Both the position numbers and the translations under genes were made by a program. Positions 55,270-64,000 of a stretch of 64,000 bases of DNA are shown piece after piece (position 1 is the first letter of the stretch; every line of letters begins with the position of its first letter). The notes under the pieces were generated by a model. The model was not told the origin of the DNA. It saw only the letters and a list, made by a program, of their open reading frames with translations, and made no database searches. This DNA is from a virus (taxonomy: Duplodnaviria > Heunggongvirae > Uroviricota > Caudoviricetes). The stretch is from IMG/VR virus record IMGVR_UViG_3300022660_000050; one strand, given 5' to 3'.

Positions 55270-56031
55270 ATGAAATTACATGAAGAATTTAAACTTTATG
55301 AAACTATGTGGGATGAAGTTCCGTCTAATTCGTCAACTGAAAATCGTTATATCATACTTACAGGCGACTTCCCAAATAAATATTACGTGCATGGCTTGAC
55401 CTCGGACGGTGAGAAAGAAGCAGTAGACATTTATAATAAAGCTATGTCACAATTGCCTAACTTTGATTGTGATATAGAGGTGGCGGAGCTCTTTGATCTT
55501 ACAGGTGATGAAATAAGTCGTTTAGAGTCTATGGTAGGAAAAGAAGTAACTGGAGCAGATGCTGATTTTATCGCAGATTTCTTTGTAGACGGTAGTCGTG
55601 TAGATTCTCTACAAAATAATTTTAACGAAGTAGATACCTTACATGAATTTGTTTACGTTAATGGAAATAAAACAACTACTACTGTAAATTCTACTAGTTC
55701 TAATAAACCTAGTGTAGATTCATTAGGCCGGTTTGACCACACGCCTCGATTTAAAAGCTTACTTGCTCAAATAGACGCCGATAAACTCGCTACATACGAA
55801 GTAAGAAATTTAGGAACAAGGCTTCTTTATATAATTATAACGTCTGTAGATTTTGGCTACCGCACAAGTGTACGTATAATAGGACCATTTCGCCAAGATG
55901 GTAAAGAGTATACTTTACAATTAGGCTTGAACTCTGCTAACCATGGCGATCATCACAATTTAAGCTGGAAAGAATTGCTAGATTATCTTATAGATGAGTC
56001 AATCATAGAAAACACTAATCTGTGCAACTAA
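55270..56031 (+). CDS. hypothetical protein with N-terminal LHEEFKLYETMWD leader
   Basis: AAAGGA RBS; acidic; no recognised catalytic motif. Confidence 0.7.
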   Translation: MKLHEEFKLYETMWDEVPSNSSTENRYIILTGDFPNKYYVHGLTSDGEKEAVDIYNKAMSQLPNFDCDIEVAELFDLTGDEISRLESMVGKEVTGADADFIADFFVDGSRVDSLQNNFNEVDTLHEFVYVNGNKTTTTVNSTSSNKPSVDSLGRFDHTPRFKSLLAQIDADKLATYEVRNLGTRLLYIIITSVDFGYRTSVRIIGPFRQDGKEYTLQLGLNSANHGDHHNLSWKELLDYLIDESIIENTNLCN

Positions 56032-56045
56032 TGTATAATATGTTT

Positions 56046-56090
56046 AGGTGACCTATTAAAATAGGTCACCTTTTATTGTATAATATAGTA
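56046..56090 (+). promoter_or_regulatory. fused terminator plus class-A promoter cassette
   Basis: AGGTGACCTAT/ATAGGTCACCT-TTT then ATTGTATAATATAGTA. Confidence 0.78.
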
Positions 56091-56121
56091 TATAAAAATA
56101 TCTAAAAGAGGAAATGATACA

Positions 56122-57156
56122 ATGAAAAGTTTAGCTGTAAAATATCGTCCTACTACTTTTGAAACTGTTGCTGGACAAAATGTAACTACAAGAATTCTTA
56201 ATAAAGTACTTGAAAAACAGGCTTTTAAAAATGCTTATCTTTTTGCAGGCCCTTCCGGCTGCGGTAAGACCACTTGTGCTCGTATCTTTGCAAATGCTAT
56301 TAATGGTGGCATTGGTGAGCCTGTAGAAATTGACGGCGCATCTAACAACGGAGTTGACCAGGTTAGGGCTATCGTTGAGTCGGCTAATCAGAGAAGCCTT
56401 GTAGGTAATTATAAGATTTATATTATTGACGAGTGTCATATGATTACTTCCGCTGGTTGGAATGCTTTCTTGAAGGGACTTGAAGATTGCCCTGAATATA
56501 CTATCTTTATTTTCTGCACTACGGAGCCTAATAAGATTCCTGTGACTATTCAGAACAGAATGCAGCGTTTTAATATTGCTAAGATTGGCGCCCAGGAAAT
56601 TAAAAATAGACTCTTTTATGTTTGCCAGCAGGAAGGCTTCATTAACTATGAAGATACCTGTGAACTTATCAGTAAACTTTGTGATGGCTGCATGAGAGAA
56701 GCACTTACAATGCTTGACCAGTGTGCTGACCTGTCTAATGATCTCAGTCTTGAAAATACTAAGGCTGTTCTCGGTGAGGCACCTTTTGAAAGAATGCTTA
56801 AGTTGACTAATTGTTTGATTGGTCATAATGAGCAGTTTACTCTTGTAGCTATTGAAACGCTCGCCCAAGAAGGTAAGGACCTTAAGCAGTTTGTAAATGA
56901 GTATCTTAGCTTTACTCTTGAGCTTACTAAATATATCTTGTTCCAAAATATCGGCGCAACAAATATTCCTGCGTATCTTGAGAATTCTGCTGATCTTATG
57001 ATTAGCGTAAAAGCTACTACTAGTTTTGAAAATTCACTTGGTTGGTTTAATAATCTTGCTAATAAGCTTCTTGAAGTTAAGAATGCTATTAAGTATGATA
57101 CTTCGGTAAAGGCGGTTGTAGAAGCATATTTCTTGCAGATTTGCAGATCAGTTTAA
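56122..57156 (+). CDS. dnaX: clamp loader ATPase (DnaX gamma-like)
   Basis: LAVKYRP..F, GPSGCGKTT, EIDGASNNGVDQVR, IIDECHM, NAFLK, GCMREA. Confidence 0.93.
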   Translation: MKSLAVKYRPTTFETVAGQNVTTRILNKVLEKQAFKNAYLFAGPSGCGKTTCARIFANAINGGIGEPVEIDGASNNGVDQVRAIVESANQRSLVGNYKIYIIDECHMITSAGWNAFLKGLEDCPEYTIFIFCTTEPNKIPVTIQNRMQRFNIAKIGAQEIKNRLFYVCQQEGFINYEDTCELISKLCDGCMREALTMLDQCADLSNDLSLENTKAVLGEAPFERMLKLTNCLIGHNEQFTLVAIETLAQEGKDLKQFVNEYLSFTLELTKYILFQNIGATNIPAYLENSADLMISVKATTSFENSLGWFNNLANKLLEVKNAIKYDTSVKAVVEAYFLQICRSV

Positions 57157-57171
57157 GCTTGGAGGGCCATT

Positions 57172-57957
57172 ATGAATATTATTGGACAAACTAAACTACT
57201 CTCTAAAATAAATGCAATGGAGTACCTGCCTAAAACTTTAATGTTTCTCGGGCCTGCAGGATGCGGCAAGCATACAATCGCTAAGTACGTAGCAGAAGAG
57301 TTTAACCTAGACTTTGTAGAAATCGAAGAGTCTGTATCTGCTCAGGACCTTGAAGATTATATACATAAAACTATTGATACTCTTTATCTTATTAACTTAA
57401 ATAAGTTTACTGAAAAGCAGCAGAATCAGTTTTTGAAGTTTATTGAAGAGCCTTCGAAGTCTGTTTATATTATTTTGATTGCGAACTCTGAGGCAGGCAT
57501 TCTTAATACAATTCTCAACAGAAGTATCAAATATCATCTTGAGCCTTATACAAAAGAGCAGATTGAGCAGATTACCAATACTTCTGTTAATGACCTTGCT
57601 TTTAAGATTTTTCAGACGCCTGGCAAACTTCTTAATTTAACAGAGCAGAGCTTTAACGATGTTATGGGCTTAGCAAATACGGTAGTGCACAGCATTAATA
57701 GAGCAACATATCCAAATGCTCTTGTAGTTTCTACAAAAATCAATTACAAAGATCTGTATAATAAAATAGACTTTGACCTGTTTTTTGACGCAGTTGAGTA
57801 TCTTGCCTTAGAGGACTATATAAGTAATAAAACTGAGCAGAGCTTAACAGTATTTAAAACAACAAATCAGTTTAAGCAGTATGCCACACAGCAAAATCTT
57901 ATTAAAGAAATTTTGATGATAAATTATCTTACTACACTTTGGGAGGCCGTACAATGA
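57172..57957 (+). CDS. clamp loader delta-prime-like subunit
   Basis: Degenerate Walker A GPAGCGKH, NQFLKFIEEP, TILNRS. Confidence 0.75.
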   Translation: MNIIGQTKLLSKINAMEYLPKTLMFLGPAGCGKHTIAKYVAEEFNLDFVEIEESVSAQDLEDYIHKTIDTLYLINLNKFTEKQQNQFLKFIEEPSKSVYIILIANSEAGILNTILNRSIKYHLEPYTKEQIEQITNTSVNDLAFKIFQTPGKLLNLTEQSFNDVMGLANTVVHSINRATYPNALVVSTKINYKDLYNKIDFDLFFDAVEYLALEDYISNKTEQSLTVFKTTNQFKQYATQQNLIKEILMINYLTTLWEAVQ

Positions 57958-58871
57958 CTTTAATTGATCTTAAAAAATTTATTACTGACAAAATTGTACC
58001 GTCAGACTTTATGATTTTTGTTAGTAAGGATTGCCCGTTCCTGGCTTCTCAATATGTAAAAGCTCTCGGAGATTTGTCTATAAGCGGCATTAATAAAATA
58101 AACAGTATCTATGAGCCCCAGCAGTCATCTATCATGCTTCTTACTAATACTGAAGGTGCTCTTAACGTTTTATATACTGATACTTTTGACGAGCGCTCGG
58201 AAGATTACAGTCAGTTTGAAAATACTATCGTAGTATGTGAGCAAGTATCAAAAGATATTGCTAAAAACGTAGAAAATTATGTTATTAAGTTTCCTAAGCT
58301 TACTGACTGGCAGATTTGCGATTATGCTAAAACTCTTTGTCCTCATGTGGAAGAAAGTGAGCTTATGTGGCTTGTTCAGGCGTCTGATAACAGTATTGAG
58401 AGAGTTTTAAATGAGCTTGATAAAGTAGCTTTGTTTGGTAAAAACGAGCAAAAAGAGGTACTTGCTGCTATCAGATTTGACCCGCAGACAGACTTGTATA
58501 AAGTTGACTTATTTGATATTGTCAATGCTTTAGTTGAAGGCGATATGCTGACTCTTAACGATTTTATGAAGCATAACGGCTGTGACCTTCACGAGCCAGT
58601 TGTTTTAGTAAATAGAGCCTTTAACAGCTTGAAAAATATCGTTTTGATTTCTCAAAATGCAAACTTGACAGCTGAGGAGTGCGGAGTATCTGCTGGGCAG
58701 TTTAAGTTTATCAAATATAAGTATAAGAGCCTTAACGTAGCAGCAGCAAAGCAGAAGCTTAAGTTTCTTACTAACTTTGATTTGATGCTCAAAACGTCAC
58801 AACTTGAGCTTAATAAACGTGACATGATGACATATATCATCAATAATATGTATTATAAAATAACTAACTAA
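57954..58871 (+). CDS. clamp loader delta-like subunit
   Basis: NELDKVALF, LFDIVNAL patterns; follows dnaX and holB-like genes. Confidence 0.62.
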   Translation: MTLIDLKKFITDKIVPSDFMIFVSKDCPFLASQYVKALGDLSISGINKINSIYEPQQSSIMLLTNTEGALNVLYTDTFDERSEDYSQFENTIVVCEQVSKDIAKNVENYVIKFPKLTDWQICDYAKTLCPHVEESELMWLVQASDNSIERVLNELDKVALFGKNEQKEVLAAIRFDPQTDLYKVDLFDIVNALVEGDMLTLNDFMKHNGCDLHEPVVLVNRAFNSLKNIVLISQNANLTAEECGVSAGQFKFIKYKYKSLNVAAAKQKLKFLTNFDLMLKTSQLELNKRDMMTYIINNMYYKITN

Positions 58872-58880
58872 GGAGGACCT

Positions 58881-59840
58881 ATGGAAGAAACAGAACAGAA
58901 AGCTTTAGATAGGTTTTCCTATTCAAAAATAAGTACTTATAAACAGTGTGCTTTTAAGTACTTAGTAAAATATAAAGAGAAGAACTTTATTGATAGTTCG
59001 TCGATCGCTACGGAGTTTGGTACACTTGTTCATGAAACAGAAGAGCAAATAGCACTCGCGCTTCAAAATGAACTGCCAATAAATTATATTGCGCTTAAAA
59101 ATAATTTTATTATTGAGAGTAGAAAACTGGCTTTAAAATATCCAAATGATTTTGGCAAGCCAGACAAATCTGGAAGAACCTACAGAGAAAAGGTATATCT
59201 TTATTTAGACTCAGCAATTTATCGACTTGAAAAATTCATGAAGGCTAATCAGAACTTAGTAATTATCGGTATTGAGCAAAAGTTTGAATACGACTATGAT
59301 GGTGTGCACTCTTTTAATGGTTCAATTGACCGAGCGTTTTTAAATACTGCGACAGGTGAAATTTTAATTCAAGATATTAAAACTTGGAGTGTACCTGCAC
59401 AAAACAGTGAACTTAAAGCGCCTTTGCAGTTTGCTGTTTATATGATGGCCGCACAGCAGCTTTGGGACACACCTTTTGATAAAATTAAGTGTGAATATGA
59501 CCTTCCTTTATGTAATATCGTTCAGCCTGCACTTTCTGATAATATTGTAGAAGAAGGTAAAGAAGTTTTAGATAAGCTCTTTAACGGCATCCAGAAAGAA
59601 AACTTTAGACCAACTGTGTCAGCCCTTTGTCATTGGTGCGAGTATAATCCTCTAACTAATCCAAGTATTCTAGACACCAAGCCAGAGGCAGTTTGTCCTT
59701 ATTTTAGTACTTGGCAAAAATCTGGCGATAATGTACGAGATACACTAATGACGTGGCAAGGGCTTGAGTCTGTTGCAATAGATAGACAATTTTGTATTAG
59801 CCAATTAAAACAGCAGGGTTTACAAAATTCTGCCAGTTAA
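58881..59840 (+). CDS. PD-(D/E)xK (RecB/Cas4-like) exonuclease
   Basis: FSYSKISTYKQC, FGTLVHE, GSIDR, IQDIKT, QFAVY, CHWCEY...CP. Confidence 0.85.
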   Translation: MEETEQKALDRFSYSKISTYKQCAFKYLVKYKEKNFIDSSSIATEFGTLVHETEEQIALALQNELPINYIALKNNFIIESRKLALKYPNDFGKPDKSGRTYREKVYLYLDSAIYRLEKFMKANQNLVIIGIEQKFEYDYDGVHSFNGSIDRAFLNTATGEILIQDIKTWSVPAQNSELKAPLQFAVYMMAAQQLWDTPFDKIKCEYDLPLCNIVQPALSDNIVEEGKEVLDKLFNGIQKENFRPTVSALCHWCEYNPLTNPSILDTKPEAVCPYFSTWQKSGDNVRDTLMTWQGLESVAIDRQFCISQLKQQGLQNSAS

Positions 59841-59880
59841 TACTGTATATTATTATATATAGAAAAGTAAGGAGAATCTA

Positions 59881-60687
59881 ATGAACTGTCAAGTTGATGT
59901 TATTATTATTGGTGATAGTAAAGTAGGCCATGAAATTTTAGATAAAGTTGCTTCAAGCAAGCCAACTATCAAAATTATATTTGTTAGTGATATTTTTAAA
60001 AGCTATACTACCCATGACTATATTAACGTTGAGTATATAAAAGGTAAAGTAGTATTTACTGACTACAAAAATAGATTATTCGGAGTTTATCTGAAAGATG
60101 GGTCAAGACTTTACAGCACTCATTTGGTTATAGCTTCCGGTGTTGCTTATGCGCCATTTACTGTAGGTACTAGGGTTATTCCACAAGTATTTAATAATGT
60201 TGATGATATTCCGAAGGTCTCAAAAAATCAGCCTGCTGTAGTAATCTGTAATCAAAATTCTGAAGTTAAGTTTGCTATTGACGTAGCCAAAAAGTATAAG
60301 CAGGTGTATCTATGTACGAAAGATATTACTATCAATAATATTACAGAGGCAAATCTTAAAAAACTTGCAGGCACAGAAAATCTTGTGGTACTGCCAAACA
60401 CTTCAGTTATAAAGGTAATAATTAAAGAAAATATGCTACAAAAAGTAGAGTTAGATAATTATTCTACATTAAACTGCTCTGCAATCTTTGTAAAAACAGC
60501 AGCTACACCTGATGTCGATTTTATTACTGAAAAACTAATAAAACGTGATGAGTTTGGCTATCTCATCACTTCTCATGCGGCTGAGTCCACTCTCGTGCCA
60601 AAATGTTTTGCTGTAGGAAACTGTGCTCAAAAGTGCACTAAAACCATGATGCAGGAACTCGTAGAAACTATTTTAAAAGATTTTTAA
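59881..60687 (+). CDS. thioredoxin-reductase-fold protein with degenerate motifs
   Basis: DVIIIG, LVIASG, DEFGYLIT...TLVPKCFAVGNC; CxxC and GxGxxG motifs absent. Confidence 0.65.
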   Translation: MNCQVDVIIIGDSKVGHEILDKVASSKPTIKIIFVSDIFKSYTTHDYINVEYIKGKVVFTDYKNRLFGVYLKDGSRLYSTHLVIASGVAYAPFTVGTRVIPQVFNNVDDIPKVSKNQPAVVICNQNSEVKFAIDVAKKYKQVYLCTKDITINNITEANLKKLAGTENLVVLPNTSVIKVIIKENMLQKVELDNYSTLNCSAIFVKTAATPDVDFITEKLIKRDEFGYLITSHAAESTLVPKCFAVGNCAQKCTKTMMQELVETILKDF

Positions 60688-60699
60688 ACGGAGGATTTT

Positions 60700-61272
60700 A
60701 TGCTTACACTTGAACAAAAGAATAATAATGAAATTAAATTTATGGAGTTGCTCTCTAAGCTTAATATCGATTTAACGGAAATCACAAAACTGCTCGATCA
60801 GATCGATTACTTTAATAAGCCTGCAACTACCCAGTATATTGGTGCTTATCCAGGCGGGCTCTGTGAGTACGCTTTACGATTTGCTAATGAGCTTGGCCTA
60901 CTGTGTAATGCATATTTTCCAGGTAGATATTCAGCGGAAGATATTATCAAGGTAGCCTTATTCAAGGATATTTATAAAGCAACTATGTATGAGGCTTATA
61001 TGAAAAACGTTAAGGATGACACTACAGGTCAGTGGGCTACAGTACCGGCTTACAAGACTAAAGAAGACTTCAACCGCCCAGTTTATGGAGACCTTGGCTT
61101 CAGCTCATATATGCAAATTAAGGACCTTGTGCCTCTTACTACTGAGCAGGTCGAAGCTATCGTATACTCACGTATTTCTGATTTTGCGCCCGATATCCAC
61201 GCGGTGTTTAGAAATTATCCGTTAGTAACTCTTACTAGAATGGCTGAAATGGCAGCTTTGTATATTAATTAA
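60700..61272 (+). CDS. inactive-looking HD-domain paralog
   Basis: Colinear with 15069 protein but metal-binding His residues replaced (EH to EY, HD to KD, GHG to DLG). Confidence 0.65.
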   Translation: MLTLEQKNNNEIKFMELLSKLNIDLTEITKLLDQIDYFNKPATTQYIGAYPGGLCEYALRFANELGLLCNAYFPGRYSAEDIIKVALFKDIYKATMYEAYMKNVKDDTTGQWATVPAYKTKEDFNRPVYGDLGFSSYMQIKDLVPLTTEQVEAIVYSRISDFAPDIHAVFRNYPLVTLTRMAEMAALYIN

Positions 61273-61361
61273 AAATAAGCGGCTTTAAACGGCCGCTTTT
61301 TCTATATATTTTATTGTATAATATAAAGTATAGTAAAAAAGTTTGTAAAGGAAATTGTGGA

Positions 61362-62390
61362 ATGAAAATTTTACTTTTTACTGACTTGCACATGTGCCCG
61401 AGAGCAAGTATCATAAATAAATGGGGCACGAAATACCCAAGTAGACTTGAAAACTGTATTGAGTCTGTGAACTGGCTTGAAAGAAAGGCGGAAGAGCTCG
61501 GCTGTGATTATATTATTAGCCTTGGAGACTTCTTTGATAAGCCTGATTTAACGAGTGAGACTATTACTGCTTGTCAGGATATTCAGTGGTCTTGGCTACA
61601 GCATTATCATCTTGTTGGTAACCATGATGCATCTAATAGCAGTTTAACTTTTAACTCAGCAAATTGTCTAAGCAATGATAATCATAGAGTAATTACTGAG
61701 CCTCTGATGTTGCAGGCAGGAGACTGTGATCTATGCTTTCTACCATATGTAACTGAGTGCGATAGAAAGCCTTTGAATGAGTATTTCACAGAGCACACTT
61801 TTAATCCGCATCGAATTATTTTTTCTCATAATGACATCAGTGGTATTCAGCTTGGTCCTGTTGTTTCTAAAACTGGCTTTAGTATTGAGGAAATTGAGGC
61901 AAATTGCGATCTTTTCTTAAATGGTCATTTACACAACGGACAAGCGTTATCACCGAAAGTTATTAACTTAGGTAATCTAACTGGTAAAGATTTTGGTGAA
62001 GATGCTATGAAGTATAGACACAATATTGCCATTCTTGACACAGAAACTTTGCAACTGGAGTACATAGAAAATCCTTATGCCTATAATTTTTATAAGATAC
62101 AAATTGACTGTGAAAGCGATATTTTGTGTCTAGATGGTTTAAAAAATAACTCTGTTGTATCTATTAAGTGTGAGCAGGCGCTTGTTGAACAGACTAAGAA
62201 TAAAATTAGTACGCTCAATAATATTACTGAGTCTAGAATAATCTTAACTAAACGTCAAGTAGCTAGTGAATCAGAAGTAACTGAGCTTGACCTTACTGTA
62301 GATCACCTCGCCAGATTTATTGAGTGTTGCAAAGCAACTATTGAGAATTCTACTTTGTTAGACGAAGAACTCGGTGAAATTTGCAAGTAA
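61362..62390 (+). CDS. sbcD: SbcD/Mre11-like nuclease
   Basis: TDLH, LGDFFD, VGNHD, FSH, NGHLH; start 61362. Confidence 0.88.
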   Translation: MKILLFTDLHMCPRASIINKWGTKYPSRLENCIESVNWLERKAEELGCDYIISLGDFFDKPDLTSETITACQDIQWSWLQHYHLVGNHDASNSSLTFNSANCLSNDNHRVITEPLMLQAGDCDLCFLPYVTECDRKPLNEYFTEHTFNPHRIIFSHNDISGIQLGPVVSKTGFSIEEIEANCDLFLNGHLHNGQALSPKVINLGNLTGKDFGEDAMKYRHNIAILDTETLQLEYIENPYAYNFYKIQIDCESDILCLDGLKNNSVVSIKCEQALVEQTKNKISTLNNITESRIILTKRQVASESEVTELDLTVDHLARFIECCKATIENSTLLDEELGEICK

Positions 62391-62451
62391 ATACAAAGTC
62401 AGTATTTATTTAAAATATCGTATAATATATTAAGGAGTTACTTAGACTAAC

Positions 62452-62772
62452 ATGAAAAATAGGCAATTAAATAACCTAAACAAAGCTTATAATAAAAGAT
62501 TTAATAACTTAAAGAAGCTTTTGATTAAGGTGCCGCAGGCTAGCATTATTTTGTTTGTGGAACATTTAAAGTATATAAGAGATATTTGTATTATTTCTAA
62601 CTTAAATATTTCAGAAAACGCTTCATTAGCTGCTCTTATGGTTGCTATTGATGAATTTGAGGCGTATCAGGTTTGTGAAGATAACAAACTGAAAGAATTT
62701 CATTGGAAAAACTTCTGCGAGTTTTTAAAACTAAACATGGAGGAATGGCTAGTATTAAATGATCCAATTTAA
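62452..62772 (+). CDS. hypothetical protein
   Basis: AAGGAG RBS, class-A motif upstream. Confidence 0.65.
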   Translation: MKNRQLNNLNKAYNKRFNNLKKLLIKVPQASIILFVEHLKYIRDICIISNLNISENASLAALMVAIDEFEAYQVCEDNKLKEFHWKNFCEFLKLNMEEWLVLNDPI

Positions 62773-64000
62773 AAAAGTAGTAATACACAATTTTGGTAGC
62801 TACGGGCATGTAGAGCTTGAGCTTCAAAATCGTGGGTTTTGTTTAGTTTCTGGACAAAACAATTTTATAAAAGACAATGCTCTATCAAATGGTTCAGGAA
62901 AGAGCTTCTTATGGAGTGCAATCTGTTATGCTTTAACTGGTGAAACTATTAATGGTATTAAAACAAATCTTAAAAACATTCACACAGATGAACCTGACTG
63001 CTATATTCAGCTAGAATTTTTATATAATAAAGATTTGTATAATTTGCTTAGAACGCTAGCACCAAAGTCAGATTTAAAAATTTTTAAGAATGATATTGAC
63101 CTTAGTGGTAAGGGTATAAGAGAGTCAGAGAAAAAGCTGTCAGAGCTTTTGCCAGAGCTTTCAAAAGATCTTATTGCCTCTACAATCATTATTGGACAGG
63201 GTATGCCAAATAAGTTTTCCTCTTTTAGTCCGTCTGGACGAAAGGACTTGCTTGAAAGACTTACTAAATCTGATTTTATGATTGATGACCTTAAGACTCG
63301 TATCGCCGCCAGACAGCAAGAATTAAGTGATAAGATACGAGAGTTTGAAGATAGCCTGCTAGCAAATAGAACACAGTTAAATAGCTACACAACAAACATC
63401 GATAGACTAAAAACTACTTTAGAAAATCAACATCGTCCTGATTTTGATTTATTGCTTGCTTGCCATGATGTAAAGATAGCACAAGCAGAACAACAGAAGG
63501 CACAGCTTGATGTCTTGATTGCTTCAGCAGAGGCAGAACTTGAAGTTCTGAATACCAGACTTCTTGAGCTTACCAATGAAAAGGCCAAGGTAAGCAATGA
63601 AGAGCTTGCTGCTTATACTGCTTCTAGTACTGCCCTTACTACAAACAAAGCTAGACTTGAATTTGATATTAAGGCAATGCAAAAAGAAATTAAAAAGCTT
63701 CAGTCTATCATTGATACTTGTCCTACTTGTGGTCAGCACATTCCAAATGTACAAAAGCCAGATACTGGCTACATGGAAAGAGACTTGGAGAAACTTTATA
63801 AAGCACTTGATGATTTGAATACAGAAGTCAGTCAGTGTGAAGCAAAACACTCTGAGTATAAAACACAAATTGAAAATGCTTTTAAGGACGAGTTTGAGTC
63901 TTTGAATAAAACTATTGCATCAGAAAAGGCCGTGCTACAAAAAGCACGAACTGACTACGCAAGCTGTATAGCGGCTCTCGAGCTTGAGCGAAATAACTAT
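62759..64000 (+). CDS. sbcC: SbcC/Rad50-like ATPase (partial, runs off window; not in ORF track)
   Basis: MIQFKKVVIHNFGSY...SNGSGKS, IGQG, coiled coil, CPTC zinc hook. Confidence 0.9.
   Translation, partial: MIQFKKVVIHNFGSYGHVELELQNRGFCLVSGQNNFIKDNALSNGSGKSFLWSAICYALTGETINGIKTNLKNIHTDEPDCYIQLEFLYNKDLYNLLRTLAPKSDLKIFKNDIDLSGKGIRESEKKLSELLPELSKDLIASTIIIGQGMPNKFSSFSPSGRKDLLERLTKSDFMIDDLKTRIAARQQELSDKIREFEDSLLANRTQLNSYTTNIDRLKTTLENQHRPDFDLLLACHDVKIAQAEQQKAQLDVLIASAEAELEVLNTRLLELTNEKAKVSNEELAAYTASSTALTTNKARLEFDIKAMQKEIKKLQSIIDTCPTCGQHIPNVQKPDTGYMERDLEKLYKALDDLNTEVSQCEAKHSEYKTQIENAFKDEFESLNKTIASEKAVLQKARTDYASCIAALELERNNY

Noticed and set aside
49970-56946. Long minus-strand ORFs (49970-50896, 52254-52907, 54637-55086, 56131-56946; also 37130-37879 and 44537-45130)
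   Set aside because: All lie opposite well-supported plus-strand genes and have no family motifs.
58881-59840. Cas4 of a CRISPR system
   Set aside because: PD-(D/E)xK exonuclease sits in the replication/recombination cluster with no cas1/cas2 or array.
1-64000. Stop-codon reassignment, rRNA, integrase/transposase, reverse transcriptase/DGR
   Set aside because: Known genes are intact under code 11 with dense coding, and no such genes or motifs were seen.

Overview
All-plus-strand 64-kb segment of a large tailed (T4-like contractile baseplate) phage genome, standard genetic code. The host is probably a Firmicutes/Clostridia anaerobe (AbrB/SpoVT, HPr-like, RecU, DnaI-like and PFL genes). Layout: HNH gene and tRNA cluster (1-2.1 kb); many small accessory genes (2.1-12.6 kb); a 1-kb non-coding block with four tandem conserved-scaffold/variable-insert RNAs and an aberrant tRNA-like RNA (12.6-13.6 kb); nucleotidase/Thg1/HD/phosphoesterase genes; pyruvate formate-lyase; baseplate module (19.3-28.8 kb); type IIA topoisomerase; ThyA; a complete PncA-PncB-NMNAT-NadE NAD salvage operon; dCMP deaminase, DHFR and dUTPase; and a full replisome/recombination cluster (loader, DnaB, primase, SSB, split family-A polymerase, beta-type clamp, RecU, RecA, three-subunit clamp loader, SbcCD). 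Two recurrent promoter-like motifs are visible (ATTGTATWATAWAATA and GCTAAATTA). Best novelty candidates: the ncRNA array, the four-step NAD rebuilding pathway, the split polymerase with a Hint-like remnant, and GCTAAATTA-driven genes sharing an N-terminal leader. No database searches or folding programs were run; all family calls come from motif recognition by eye.
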